DNA of 60,779 nt from NCBI GenBank assembly GCA_029250345.1, contig JAQXFL010000016.1, positions 1 through 60,779 of the forward strand, in the 5' to 3' direction. The translations under genes were made by a program, and so were the position numbers. The notes beneath the pieces were generated by a model. That model was not told the origin of the DNA. It searched no databases and saw only the letters and a list, made by a program, of their open reading frames with translations. The DNA is from Candidatus Poseidoniaceae archaeon. Lineage in GTDB: Archaea; Thermoplasmatota; Poseidoniia; Poseidoniales; Poseidoniaceae. Of the stretch, positions 28,501 to 38,498 are shown piece by piece (the first letter of the stretch is position 1; every line of letters starts with the position of its first letter).

Positions 28501-31259
28501 AAGGTGTCAATCCTCTCAACGCATCGGACATCTTTGAAAACCCCGATGGTGATGGATACGATATCAATCACAACGGGGTTCTTGAGGACAATGAGGCCTT
28601 TGTCAACTATCTTGAATTCCACGTTCGCTCGGACTTGTTCAACGGCAACCAAACACTTGCTGGAGTCCCGCTTCCTGATGGATTCAGCACGGACTTGTTT
28701 ACCAACATCAGTCTCAACGGAGCTCCGGAGGCAACATTTGGCGAACGTGCATCTGGTTCAGTTACTGCTCTTCAATCAAGAACAAGCGTGGGTTCTTCTG
28801 ACCCATTGAATGCAGATTCTGATGCTGACGGAATGCCTGATGGATGGGAGATTTGGTTTGCACGATGGAATATTTTGGACGATGCTTGGACATTGAATCC
28901 GCTTGATTCCTCTGACCGCTGGCAAGATGCCGATGACGATGGAATGGCAAATTGGGAAGAGTACAATTCGATTGCCCCTGAGTATTCTGAGACCGATCAG
29001 GACCGCTCTGCGCCTCAATGGTTCGTTACGACAGTCGGCTCGGCATTTGCTCTTCAGCAATGGCCTGGTAACAGTGTTGAATTCTCTTTTGGTTCGTTCA
29101 TTGAATCGGACCAGATCAATCTCACCGGTTGGACATCTGATCCAAATAATGTCGATACAGACGGGGATGGGATGATTGATGGAATTGAACAATTGTTCAC
29201 TTCATGGAATCTATCTGCTGGACGCTGGACTCTGAATCCGTTGGTTGCTGGTGATGGCTTGTTCGATGGTGATGGTGACGGACTTACCGACGGCCAAGAA
29301 TTTGCTGTGGCGACTGAAAACCCCGAGAATGGGGTGGAACATCCGTCAGATGCTCCACTTCTCCACCTCGATGGAGATGTACAACAACCGACCGAGAAGG
29401 CCCAACGTGTATTCAACATTCTCATTACCAAAGAAACGCGTGGAAAGAGGCTGCTGGCTGATTTCAATGACTGGCAAGCGGGGGTGCCTCCGAACGCAAT
29501 TTTATCGACGCTCTTAGGTATGACTGATCCGACAAATCCGGATACCGATGATGATGGTATGTATGATGGGTTCGAGTATTGGTTCACTGAATGGGATTTG
29601 GAGGAGAATCGCTGGAGTATGAATCCACTCATTGATAGCGACGTCAATCTCGACTCTGATGGCGATAGTTTCGACTGCGATGGTGATGGTAACATTTCAT
29701 TGGACGAGAGATTCTCAAATTTACGTGAATGGGAATCAAGAACGTACGGCAAGTTTAGTGAGCGCTTTTCAGTACCACCTGCAGCCGGTCTGATCGACTT
29801 CGGCGAAGATGCAATTCAAGCATATATGGAGGAACTTGGTTTTACTTCTGCACAGGCACAACAAGCGTTGTACCTCGATTTTGCATCGAAGAGTCAGGAA
29901 AGTTCGGACAGAATGCTTAAGATTAACGAATTCAACGACGAGAACTTCAATCGTACTTTACTCGGAGTTGCAGACCCTACCAGCACCGATTCGGATTCTG
30001 ATGGTATCGAAGACGGCTGGGAATACTGCTATGCACTTTATGGAATGGAGGACCCGACTACAATCAATCATTGGGCTTCCAACCCGCTCAATCCTTGGGA
30101 TGTAAATTACGATGGTGACCACGATGGATGGTACGATCGCTCAGCGTTTGACCAACCTGCTGAGCAGGGTACCTGGTTTGAGCGTACGTTCACGCCAAGT
30201 ACGTCAATCGTACAGTCAGGTGTCGGCGACTTGCCGTTCACCAACTGGATGGAATGGGATAACCAAACACGTCCTGATTTGAACGATTCAGATGGCGATA
30301 GTGTCTCGTACACAACAGTGGTTTCAAACGGACAAGTTGTTTCACACGAGCAAGATTTCAATCTTTCTGATGGCCGTGAAGTATTCAAGTATGGCATAAA
30401 TCCAAGCGATAACGACTCTGACGGGGACATGATTCCGGACTGGTATGAATATGCGAAGGCTTGGAATGAAGGTAACGATAACTACAGTACATACATGCAA
30501 ATTCGGGTGATATGGATTGATGCTGCTACAGGCGGGGCCTGTACAACCGATACGAATTCATGTCTTCCGCTCTCACAGCAGGGCGCAGAGGGCGTCCTGT
30601 CTCGACCTGAGTTGTCGTTCACATGGTTTACCATGAATCCTGCAGACCCACTTGATGCAAACTTTGATCCTGACCAAGACGGTAATTGGGACTGTACTGG
30701 TGCCGGTTGTGTTTACGAACCTTACACCAATTTCCAAGAATTCTTTGCGATTACGACACCTGATCTCTCTTCACCGAATGCAGTGCGCCTTAGTGGCCTG
30801 ATTTACGACGGAGAAATTGTTCAGGAATGGTGGCAACTACGAGCTGCATTGCTGAAATTGGATGAAACCGGTTCAAGTGCAGAAAACTACCTCAAGATGG
30901 ACAAATCTTTCGGAAATGATATTCGATTTGCCTTCGTTGTCGATGACAAAGACACGAACTTCCTTCTCTTGGATTCGGGCAATGATGAAGTCTTACTCGC
31001 TGGAAACCTTACTGACGCTTGGGAGATTTACTACGTTGGCTCACCGGATACTGCGCCAGTGCGTTCCGTTGGCGAGCATGAATTCGGCTGGTATCTCCTG
31101 GATTATGATAACGACCACATTGCCGAAGGGACGGACCCAACCAATTGGGATACAGATGGCGATTGGATGGTTGACTGGTTTGAAGTTCATGATGACGAGG
31201 AAGACGGCATCCGTGGTGACTCTTCACCTATCCGTTATGATTCGCGTCAAACTGGGTGA
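25506..31259 (+). CDS. Large secreted protein with many DxDxDG calcium-binding (thrombospondin type 3-like) repeats and a central beta-propeller-like region
   Basis: N-terminal signal/anchor; recurring D[ST]DGDG[MIL]PDGWE...(L/M)(D/N)P....DA..D.D.DG...N..E units. Central 26620-27750 segment with LFVGTDRGL, LWFGTPSGV and VLVGSVKGM blade-like motifs. Confidence 0.8.
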   Translation: MRRSITTLLTTLAVVASLLFMSQFPAVSSVSNLHPDTTDGSKPPTTDSDGDKIPDVHENLFSEWMNWTAVDGRAVVIEGMDSNDASDALFDSDMDGLNATEEYCWPYPANCTAPGFPRGLTGTVDDEGERSYLDPRIADTDGDGMPDGYEAYMCERVGGYNIFSFKYECNTFDPLNASDLYDDPDEDGFDVNRDGVLSTTERFSSPEEYIYGAPSNHTNELDGLWCSATLPEGSVFENWPFIPTGANATFQNILSACTENATMVIDEDIWLGTDPLLADSDRYHWDGYSIRRLFPSFGDGIPDGWEVHFGLEPLNRTNALLDPDNDGWDANRDGGVSPDVSRTLTALALGESLSTLEEYYVHDDNGNSVLPGMKTAFLGTQDDSVEYVPLSFDSPADEMSLIHYDLRDMDTDSTTVYATTRYGLTVFDYDQMVSYDHWMPEGIELYSSLLLAQDDQNFALAIASSAGLAVAPLQADGDLGPLDTWSWSLSEELFALTVLAIDGQNSFVLGLGDAGEGSVFEITSSAEITDQFAISTDLETALRQSNATVTHLAHGPAGGGANMLFVGTDRGLLTGETTTVRDEFEANWRFFYTPETTPFPTAIDELRSLSLGMVANPAEVRAMILDGPNAANSQVLWFGTPSGVHMLNLVDNTISHSGLLEHPGVEGRYVREYNNIHSLHTTGDEVLVGSVKGMWAISGDYSAVYGFQEQETIYGEIVTIQSLLIDGNTTVLTGSSPGQYANLELINPGANDSDNDGMPDGWEVANGLDPTDPWDSLFDADSDGLDLDQADDGFLERLWTNLDEYRFVSQSLNGYNSTNPKVGDTDGDGLGDGSEYFGFFYETSNLWCHYTVQMEYVCGDAAGLAANDTYLALSSSDRGTDPTNFDSDGDGMPDGWEIEHRRWIGSSFTGGNNWTLDPNRADDANWDADRDGLANLCEFQWSVVRNAAVDGLLFESHGESINSSMEWFDADPNNIDSDGDSLPDGWESGGSCTWDPSRQGVNPLNASDIFENPDGDGYDINHNGVLEDNEAFVNYLEFHVRSDLFNGNQTLAGVPLPDGFSTDLFTNISLNGAPEATFGERASGSVTALQSRTSVGSSDPLNADSDADGMPDGWEIWFARWNILDDAWTLNPLDSSDRWQDADDDGMANWEEYNSIAPEYSETDQDRSAPQWFVTTVGSAFALQQWPGNSVEFSFGSFIESDQINLTGWTSDPNNVDTDGDGMIDGIEQLFTSWNLSAGRWTLNPLVAGDGLFDGDGDGLTDGQEFAVATENPENGVEHPSDAPLLHLDGDVQQPTEKAQRVFNILITKETRGKRLLADFNDWQAGVPPNAILSTLLGMTDPTNPDTDDDGMYDGFEYWFTEWDLEENRWSMNPLIDSDVNLDSDGDSFDCDGDGNISLDERFSNLREWESRTYGKFSERFSVPPAAGLIDFGEDAIQAYMEELGFTSAQAQQALYLDFASKSQESSDRMLKINEFNDENFNRTLLGVADPTSTDSDSDGIEDGWEYCYALYGMEDPTTINHWASNPLNPWDVNYDGDHDGWYDRSAFDQPAEQGTWFERTFTPSTSIVQSGVGDLPFTNWMEWDNQTRPDLNDSDGDSVSYTTVVSNGQVVSHEQDFNLSDGREVFKYGINPSDNDSDGDMIPDWYEYAKAWNEGNDNYSTYMQIRVIWIDAATGGACTTDTNSCLPLSQQGAEGVLSRPELSFTWFTMNPADPLDANFDPDQDGNWDCTGAGCVYEPYTNFQEFFAITTPDLSSPNAVRLSGLIYDGEIVQEWWQLRAALLKLDETGSSAENYLKMDKSFGNDIRFAFVVDDKDTNFLLLDSGNDEVLLAGNLTDAWEIYYVGSPDTAPVRSVGEHEFGWYLLDYDNDHIAEGTDPTNWDTDGDWMVDWFEVHDDEEDGIRGDSSPIRYDSRQTG

Positions 31260-31326
31260 GATAAGTCTCACACGTAGGGGTATAATTCAAAGGCCATAGC
31301 GCCTGTGGGTGCTACGGGGAGCAGTC

Positions 31327-34300
31327 ATGCAAAACGAATTTTCCAACGGGCGCGGCATAATGTTCGTACTTTTTTTCATTATGGTCCTGTCTCCAATGGG
31401 TCCAATGGCGGAAGTTTTCGTAGGTTCTGCAGATGCTGCAGGCGTATCTCGCCACATCTATGAGTTCAGTGACGGAACGACTGAACACGTGGCTTTGTAC
31501 CAAGGTGCAAATCCTGATATTGGAGCTGAAATCTCTTTGCCCAAAGGGGCACATGTCACTGAAGTTTCCATGACACTTTCTGGTGCATCTGCGACTGGAT
31601 GGAGTCAAACAGTCACCGATGAGCGTGATGAATGGTTTGCAGGTGGTGCCTCTTCAACCGACTCGCGAAGCGGTGATTTGAGCCTTGATTTGGCAAACAG
31701 TTCTACTCGCTTCTTCGCACACGGGTACGATGAAGCAACCAATCCGACTTCGAATGCGTGGTTAGACAACGGTTCATACGCTGTTCGTCAACCTCACACA
31801 TCCAATTCAACTGAAAGCAGATTTTCCCAGCAAGTCCTCAAGTCCTCGAATGCTATGATGAAACAGAGTCAAGGCGCTGTGCTCAAACACCACGACTGGT
31901 TGTTTATGTCAACATGGAGTTCTTCTACGTTCCAAAACATCGTTCACCGACTCTATCCGAACAATGCTACCAAAGAATCGGTCATCACATTGGACCAAGC
32001 CCAGTGTACGCTTCCAAATCTACACTCATCCTCATACTACGCAAACTATGGGTTCCGAGATTGGACAATTACTGATGACGAGCGTATGTTTGCTATATTG
32101 TCTGGATACAAATACCACTATTCATCTTCAGCCCCGACGCAATATCACCGCGTTCTAGAAATGGATATTTCAAGGGATGATGTTTGGACTTGTATCGACT
32201 CTTATGACGTATCTCCGCAGTATTCAGATTATACAGCAATTGCATACGATCGCACGACAGAAGAAGTTTGGATTGTACACAACGCACAACGAAGGATTGT
32301 TCCTTACACATTTGGTGAATCTCCTGATGGAACATACACCCGTGGAGATGACATGTATTCGTATTCATCCTCATCTGGTAGCTCTTGGGAGTGTGGCAAG
32401 ACCGGGCAACAAGTTCGTGGATTGGAAGTAAACGAAACGACGTTCTTCATGCGTTGTCAAAAAGGCACTACGAGCCAAGACAAAGACCAACTGGAAGCAT
32501 GGACGATATCTGGGTCCTCTACTTCTCTGATTCCTCAGTCCGGAACTCGCCTTCTCTCAGCACTCGGTTATGGGTTGCAATTTGATGGGTCACGGTTTGT
32601 CACAATTGATTGTGGCTACTCTACCTGGTCGTCTTCGACGCTTTACTACCGTGAATATGGCACTGGATGGCAATTCAAGACAACGCCTGCGCCTGGCACA
32701 ACCACTTGGTTTGGACCGATAATGAAATCCAACGAGCCAGTACTTGCTGCAAACATGCAGACCTACTGGTCGGCGGCATCGATTGGTGATCGTGTAGATT
32801 ACTGGATTTCCGCCGATAACGGCACTCACTGGGAGCCAGTTACATCCAATTCCACGATACACTTTGATTATCCCGGTGAGGAATTGATTTGGAAAGCACA
32901 ACTCATTGGCTCAACCGCAGTTTCATGGTGGGTCGATGTCGAGTATGCCACAGAGTACTCCACCTCCGGCAGTTGGACTTCATCGCCCCAGACCACAGGT
33001 ACCAAGGTCGGCAAGGTTCGACCCAACTGGCAAGCAGATGTTCCAGCAGGGACTTCTGTTCTGGTACAAGTTTCAAACGATAACGGCACATCTTGGTTAC
33101 CTGCCCTCAACAATCAAGAAGTCAGTTTCCCCTCTACCGAAGCAGGCGATACCATTCGGTACGCTATCAGTATGACTTCAACAGATGCTTCTTTGACACC
33201 ACTCATTGATTCAGTGACGATGGAGTACGAAGAAGGCTATCCTGACCGACCCAAGATTGATATCGGCAACGACCTCGTTTGGGATTGGGAATCGGTTCTC
33301 TTCCTCAATGAATCATCGGTCATTGCCAGCGATATGTCCATTGTTAATGCAGAAGTCAAATCCCAACCTACGCTTGTTCAGGCGTTTAATTCGTTTATAC
33401 CTCAGAACGGTGACGGTGATGTCACTATTCCTGTAGCAATCAAGGCAGCAACACCGGGTCGTGTAAAAATCTCCAATATTGATGTCACATACAAGCTACA
33501 GACGAGAGCGGTAGACGCCTCTCTCGAAGGTGGAATGATTTCCCCAGATGGAGTGTTTAGAAATTTGCACGTTCGGGTCGCACCAGGAGACGATGTTGAC
33601 CGTGTGACAAGCGCACTTGTTGCTCTGAACAATTCATACGGTGAAAACCCGGCCTTTGAATGGGAGCGTGGTGATACATGTTCAGTTGTTAGCGATGCGG
33701 AAGGTATCGTCCAATTTGATGTGGCGAATTGCACCTCTGTGATGGATTCAACAGGTCAGGTCACGATTCGTATGCCAATGTCCGTGAATTGGACTTGGGA
33801 CGATGAAAATAAATTGCAGGCACTTATTTCAGTTCATGATGAATTGGGCCAGGCGGTTACTGCCTGGGAGACCGATTCATTGGACATGATTGTGGAAAAC
33901 GATATCCAACTTGACGGACTTCGGGTGTATGAAGAAACAGGTAGGGAGCTGTATTCCCTGGATTGGGTACGGGGAGGATATTTGATTTCGTTTACCGGTA
34001 TCATACACTTCCAAAACTCGCAGCTCACTCCGTTAGGGGGTCAATTTGATCTACGGGTTTTGGGTCAAAACGTAACCTATGATGGGGACCCTATCGGTGA
34101 GCCTGTTGAACTTGCTCGTGAACAGAATCCTGCATTTGGCGCCTTCAACATCACCATAACTTCTCCAATGGAATCATCCCCCGGGGGCATGGTGTTCTAT
34201 GTGGAAGCCACAGAATTGAAAAACGGTTCAATGTTTACCAATCCGGGTTACAACACAATTCGCCTCGTTCTCGACGGAAACTCACCTCTCGTCTTGGGCT

Positions 34301-36873
34301 CCACTCCTGAAGATGGCTCTGAACGTCATGCAGGCCCACCTGCTCCAGGTGGTCAGGCACTCAGTTTCGTCATTCAAGACTCTGTTGATCCACCGAGTCA
34401 GATTACCCTCAACTACTGGATTGGATGCAAGGCAAGTGAATCAATTGGTTGCAGCGATTACAATTTTGACGGTCTACCGAACGCCAATGAATACGAAATG
34501 AAGGTACTTAATTCACCGGATACTCAAGTTGGTGGCCTCAACATCTTTGACGGTCTTATCGACGATTCAATGCTCGAACACGGCCAACTGGTGTCCTACT
34601 TCATCACCGGAAAGGATGCTCAAGACAACGCTATTGCAATGGGTGGTGGACCTGTCTGTCCCGACAGTAATACTGCTTGCGGTTATGTCCCCGGAGAGAC
34701 AGTTCCTGATTGGGACAATGACTTGGGAACATATCGAATACGGGTAGAGTTTGAACCTGAATTGGACTTAGACAATTCTACAATCCTTGGACATGATGAT
34801 TCATCGCCACTCCATCCAGGAATCCCGTATACAGCTCAAATTGTTCTCTCCGACCGTAACGGATGGGAAGACATTCAATACATCCAGTTGGCTCTTGGTG
34901 GAGACTTTGAAGACGATGAAAGTTCACTGTTCATCTCCTTGACCAAAGGCCACGATGGTATGCCAATCGCCGTAATGGAGTCTGGCTCTGCAAACATCGC
35001 CGTTTCAAACCTCTATTCGAGTGTGAGTCTCGATGAAAATGATAATTCCATCATTAAGATTCTTGCCCGATTCCAACTCACTTGGACGTTCCCTGAAGTC
35101 TTTGATACCGACGGATTAAGTTTGGTTATTCCAAAGATTCTGGTCACTGACTTGCCGTGTAACGATATTGAAGTTACGCCGTGTTTCGAAGCCAAGGAAG
35201 GTTTGGGTAACGATGCCTGGAGTCTTGACAACGATTTCCGATTTGATACAATGGAAGGTCACATACGTGCAGTCGAACTCCGCGATGGGACGAACCACTA
35301 CAATTCCGACTTCGAAGAAACTCTCATTGGTGCTGGACAAGCACTTCGAGTCAACGGCAGAATCCTCTTCTCAGAAGATGAAACTCCAGCGCCCCCAGGT
35401 GCATTTGATGTCGTGTTTGGAGATTACGATAACACATGGACGACATCAACCCGTGATGATGGTGAGTTCAGTCTGGACTTATTGATTCCGTCCGTACCTT
35501 CCGGCCATCTTGATTTACAATTGGGCCTCGGTGATTTACCTGGTTTCGCAATGGATGAAACAACTTCCACTCAGCGTGTTCGTTTAGCTGTGGACAGTTC
35601 ACGGCCAACGATTTCAGCCATCACTCTCGACGAAGTCAAATCTGGTTCGCCGCTTTCGATTGGTTCATGTGGTGACTTGCTTGTGATGCTTGAAACACTC
35701 GACGACTATGGATTTGATCTCGACGAACCAGCCGTTCTTCACTACAGAGTTCGAGCTGGAGAGGCTGAAATTTCACGTGGCAGTGTTCCTCTTCCTGATA
35801 CGACTCCATTTGGTGAACAGTTCTTTTGGACCGGTAGCCTCGACTTGACAGATGCGGGAGCTACTACACTCCTACCTTCGTACATGGTGGATGTTTGGGT
35901 CTCAGGCTCAGATTCTGCAGGTAATCCATTCGATACGATTGGTAACTCAATTGATGAGCCAATTGCATCATGGTCGCTGGCCTTACTTGGTCCAAGCATC
36001 GACCTCAACGCCGCTACAAGCAGATTCTCGTGGGACGACCCAAGTCCAATCTCACAACAATCTGTGAATCTTGATTTCGAGGTCCGAAACCTTGGCGGTA
36101 AGGGAGATGTTGCCTTGGTTCTGCAACGTGCTGTTGAAGGTGGCTTTTGGGAGAACATTGCTCGTGTTGACATTGTTGCTACGGCTGGTGGTGACCTCAC
36201 CGGTTCTCTGCCAACAGTAGCGAACGCTGATGTCGGTGAAAGCATCGAATTCCGTCTCGTTGTTTTAGTCGATGAAGTGGAAATGGACCGTGCATCACTC
36301 GACCCTCTGTTCATCAAGGAACAGACGATTCGTGACGGTGAAGCACTGGCACAGCAAGCCCAAGAGGGTACCTTCAGTATTGTTCTCTACATTATTGCGC
36401 TCCTGTCACTGAGTATGGCCATGTATCTCTTGGTGATGAATCGACGAATCCGTGAAGGTGACTTGGAAACCAGTGCTGAGGATCAAACGGATGAAGTGCT
36501 CGAAGACCTTGAAAAAGCAAAAATGCTTCCAGCAATAGGCCAAAATCTACCAGCTCCAACTGGTTTGGCATCTGGTGTGCCTCAACCGAATCCATCGGTA
36601 GTTTTCAGCCCAAATGTTGAGCCAACACCCGCTTCTCTGTCAGCTTCCCTTTCTGCATCTACACCGGGTTCGTCTTCGCCGGGTCTGGTTCAAAACATCA
36701 CTTACAACATTTCGGACAGTGCGGTGGGAGCAATTCCTACTACGAATTCAGTTAATGACGGTATGCCGGCTAAGGCTCCACCACCTCTACCTCCGACAGG
36801 TCTGCCTGAAGGATGGACTCTTGACCAATGGAATCATTTCGGTTGGCAATATGTTGAATCGATGAAGAAGTGA
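31327..36873 (+). CDS. Large secreted, membrane-anchored multidomain surface protein of unknown function
   Basis: Signal peptide; ISADNGTHWE and VSNDNGTSW (Asp-box-like); many beta-sandwich segments; TM (IVLYIIALLSLSMAMYLLVM); Pro-rich cytoplasmic tail ending PPPLPPTGLPEGWTLDQWNHFGWQY. Start at ATG 31327 (the track uses GTG 31309). Confidence 0.75.
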   Translation: MQNEFSNGRGIMFVLFFIMVLSPMGPMAEVFVGSADAAGVSRHIYEFSDGTTEHVALYQGANPDIGAEISLPKGAHVTEVSMTLSGASATGWSQTVTDERDEWFAGGASSTDSRSGDLSLDLANSSTRFFAHGYDEATNPTSNAWLDNGSYAVRQPHTSNSTESRFSQQVLKSSNAMMKQSQGAVLKHHDWLFMSTWSSSTFQNIVHRLYPNNATKESVITLDQAQCTLPNLHSSSYYANYGFRDWTITDDERMFAILSGYKYHYSSSAPTQYHRVLEMDISRDDVWTCIDSYDVSPQYSDYTAIAYDRTTEEVWIVHNAQRRIVPYTFGESPDGTYTRGDDMYSYSSSSGSSWECGKTGQQVRGLEVNETTFFMRCQKGTTSQDKDQLEAWTISGSSTSLIPQSGTRLLSALGYGLQFDGSRFVTIDCGYSTWSSSTLYYREYGTGWQFKTTPAPGTTTWFGPIMKSNEPVLAANMQTYWSAASIGDRVDYWISADNGTHWEPVTSNSTIHFDYPGEELIWKAQLIGSTAVSWWVDVEYATEYSTSGSWTSSPQTTGTKVGKVRPNWQADVPAGTSVLVQVSNDNGTSWLPALNNQEVSFPSTEAGDTIRYAISMTSTDASLTPLIDSVTMEYEEGYPDRPKIDIGNDLVWDWESVLFLNESSVIASDMSIVNAEVKSQPTLVQAFNSFIPQNGDGDVTIPVAIKAATPGRVKISNIDVTYKLQTRAVDASLEGGMISPDGVFRNLHVRVAPGDDVDRVTSALVALNNSYGENPAFEWERGDTCSVVSDAEGIVQFDVANCTSVMDSTGQVTIRMPMSVNWTWDDENKLQALISVHDELGQAVTAWETDSLDMIVENDIQLDGLRVYEETGRELYSLDWVRGGYLISFTGIIHFQNSQLTPLGGQFDLRVLGQNVTYDGDPIGEPVELAREQNPAFGAFNITITSPMESSPGGMVFYVEATELKNGSMFTNPGYNTIRLVLDGNSPLVLGSTPEDGSERHAGPPAPGGQALSFVIQDSVDPPSQITLNYWIGCKASESIGCSDYNFDGLPNANEYEMKVLNSPDTQVGGLNIFDGLIDDSMLEHGQLVSYFITGKDAQDNAIAMGGGPVCPDSNTACGYVPGETVPDWDNDLGTYRIRVEFEPELDLDNSTILGHDDSSPLHPGIPYTAQIVLSDRNGWEDIQYIQLALGGDFEDDESSLFISLTKGHDGMPIAVMESGSANIAVSNLYSSVSLDENDNSIIKILARFQLTWTFPEVFDTDGLSLVIPKILVTDLPCNDIEVTPCFEAKEGLGNDAWSLDNDFRFDTMEGHIRAVELRDGTNHYNSDFEETLIGAGQALRVNGRILFSEDETPAPPGAFDVVFGDYDNTWTTSTRDDGEFSLDLLIPSVPSGHLDLQLGLGDLPGFAMDETTSTQRVRLAVDSSRPTISAITLDEVKSGSPLSIGSCGDLLVMLETLDDYGFDLDEPAVLHYRVRAGEAEISRGSVPLPDTTPFGEQFFWTGSLDLTDAGATTLLPSYMVDVWVSGSDSAGNPFDTIGNSIDEPIASWSLALLGPSIDLNAATSRFSWDDPSPISQQSVNLDFEVRNLGGKGDVALVLQRAVEGGFWENIARVDIVATAGGDLTGSLPTVANADVGESIEFRLVVLVDEVEMDRASLDPLFIKEQTIRDGEALAQQAQEGTFSIVLYIIALLSLSMAMYLLVMNRRIREGDLETSAEDQTDEVLEDLEKAKMLPAIGQNLPAPTGLASGVPQPNPSVVFSPNVEPTPASLSASLSASTPGSSSPGLVQNITYNISDSAVGAIPTTNSVNDGMPAKAPPPLPPTGLPEGWTLDQWNHFGWQYVESMKK

Positions 36874-36882
36874 GTTGTCGAC

Positions 36883-37335
36883 ATGTCTGGTGAAGATACA
36901 TCCGCAGTGGATGGAATGGTGACGATGCAAGAGCGGATGGTCAACTTGATCAATCAACTCAACATGCCACTCATTGAGGTCAGTCTCGTCCTTAGCAAAC
37001 ACATCGCAGGCCTCTCACGTTCGCTTGATGAGCACATCAATGCAACTCAACAGGAGTTTCCCGAAACAGTCACCCATCCATGGCCCATTCAGAACGGTGG
37101 TGAGGATGATTCGAGTTTCCAGTTTGATTTAGAAAAAATCTTCAAGATTATCGACGAGGACAGAATGGATATCTTAGCTACACTGATCCGTGTCACTTTG
37201 GTTGAGATTGACGCTTCACTTGCGGAGGGTCTTCTCGCTTTACGGCCTTGGGAAGCGCTTTCAAGAACTCAGTTATCAAACGCCAAAAGTCCAGGGCAAT
37301 TGTTTTCACCGCTGGAAATACCTGAAGAGTGGTAA
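36883..37335 (+). CDS. Hypothetical helical cytoplasmic protein (150 aa)
   Basis: ORF begins 9 nt after the upstream stop and fills the gap with typical composition. No recognised motif. Confidence 0.65.
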   Translation: MSGEDTSAVDGMVTMQERMVNLINQLNMPLIEVSLVLSKHIAGLSRSLDEHINATQQEFPETVTHPWPIQNGGEDDSSFQFDLEKIFKIIDEDRMDILATLIRVTLVEIDASLAEGLLALRPWEALSRTQLSNAKSPGQLFSPLEIPEEW

Positions 37336-37371
37336 GCAATGGTTTGAAAATAACCACCTCTACGGCTTAAC

Positions 37372-38163
37372 ATGGAGCGTCTCCGCCGCCTTGGTACCGG
37401 TTTACTTGTTCTCCTCTTGTTGCCCGCACTCTCTGGATGCCTTGGCTCAGATGGAATACTCGGTATTCCGGAAAGCAAAGGAATCCCCGGTGGACTGACC
37501 CTTGCGTGCTTGGACAGTTCAAAATACACTTCGATGACTGTTGAGATTGATTATGAAGCGGGCTATCTGCCAGAGTCAACGTCAACAGACATGCTAAAGC
37601 AACGGCTTGAATCGGTTTGCGATAAACCGAACGGTATCAATTTCCAATTTACGGAGACTGACTTTTCCAACGATGAGACTTGGTCTGCGAATGATGTCCG
37701 TAATTTGGGCGACGAGGCAAAGGCTGTCGCGCCCCAATCGGGATCTACACTGACCTGGCAGATTTTATTCCCCGCTGGAACATACGATGATACCAGCGTT
37801 CTCGGGGTTGCAGTCGATGCTTCGACCGTTGCAATTTTCAAAGATTCGATCGATGATGCTGAGAATATTTTCCGTCGGCCTTCCGCTGAAAAAATTGAAA
37901 ACAGCGTTTTGGTCCATGAGGTTGGACATCTTTTGGGATTAGTCAATTTGGTGTACACCTCACCGGCAGAACACGAAGACAGTTCGCACCCAGGGCATTC
38001 GAACAATGAAGATTCAGTTATGTATTGGGCCATTGAGTCGTCAAGCATTGCTAATTTCTTTGACAATGATTTGCCGACAGAGTTTGACAGTGACGACCTC
38101 AATGACTTGTCCGGACTTGCTGATGGAAGCATCAAGTGTACCGATCAACTTTGGCGACCCTAG
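37372..38163 (+). CDS. Lipoprotein zinc metallopeptidase (metzincin-like)
   Basis: Lipobox LSGC after a hydrophobic stretch; HEVGHLLGL zinc motif; downstream GHS...SVMYW (third His and Met-turn candidates). Confidence 0.8.
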   Translation: MERLRRLGTGLLVLLLLPALSGCLGSDGILGIPESKGIPGGLTLACLDSSKYTSMTVEIDYEAGYLPESTSTDMLKQRLESVCDKPNGINFQFTETDFSNDETWSANDVRNLGDEAKAVAPQSGSTLTWQILFPAGTYDDTSVLGVAVDASTVAIFKDSIDDAENIFRRPSAEKIENSVLVHEVGHLLGLVNLVYTSPAEHEDSSHPGHSNNEDSVMYWAIESSSIANFFDNDLPTEFDSDDLNDLSGLADGSIKCTDQLWRP

Positions 38164-38498
38164 TCCTTCGGCTTGGCTATCAACTGCGTGGCTACTCTCC
38201 ATGCATCAAAGATTGAATAGAGCCACAGGCCAACCCAAAGAACGATTGTTAGTGCAAGAGGAATTTGCAACAGCGACCAATCAAATGCTTTTCGATGTTG
38301 TCGATTTACATGCTGGCCGAGGAATAAAAAGGGTACAGTCGCAATGACAGCGGTGAAAAGTGGGCGTAAAGTGCCCCATGCGCCGACACCAAAGGTGAAT
38401 TCTTTCCAGATTTCACGAAGGAGTCGAACAGGCCTCAAATCAGAGATGCCGTCACTTTCCTCTTCAAGGGTCAATGAAACTTCTTCAGCCGAATCCAT
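38160..38498 (-). CDS. Small membrane protein (2 TM)
   Basis: Hydrophobic segments LFTAVIATVPFLFLG and LLQIPLALTIVLWVGLWLYSIFDAW. Start placed at ATG 38498. Confidence 0.6.
   Translation of the reverse strand: MDSAEEVSLTLEEESDGISDLRPVRLLREIWKEFTFGVGAWGTLRPLFTAVIATVPFLFLGQHVNRQHRKAFDWSLLQIPLALTIVLWVGLWLYSIFDAWRVATQLIAKPKD

Noticed and set aside
25640..31200. Recurring GATGG/GACGG-rich nucleotide repeats that could suggest a CRISPR array or DGR template
   Set aside because: They encode degenerate DxDGDG protein repeats at irregular spacing. There are no identical repeats or spacers, and no RT or cas genes.
36883..37335. Possible internal duplication in the 150-aa protein
   Set aside because: The similarity between the two helical halves is too weak to support by eye.
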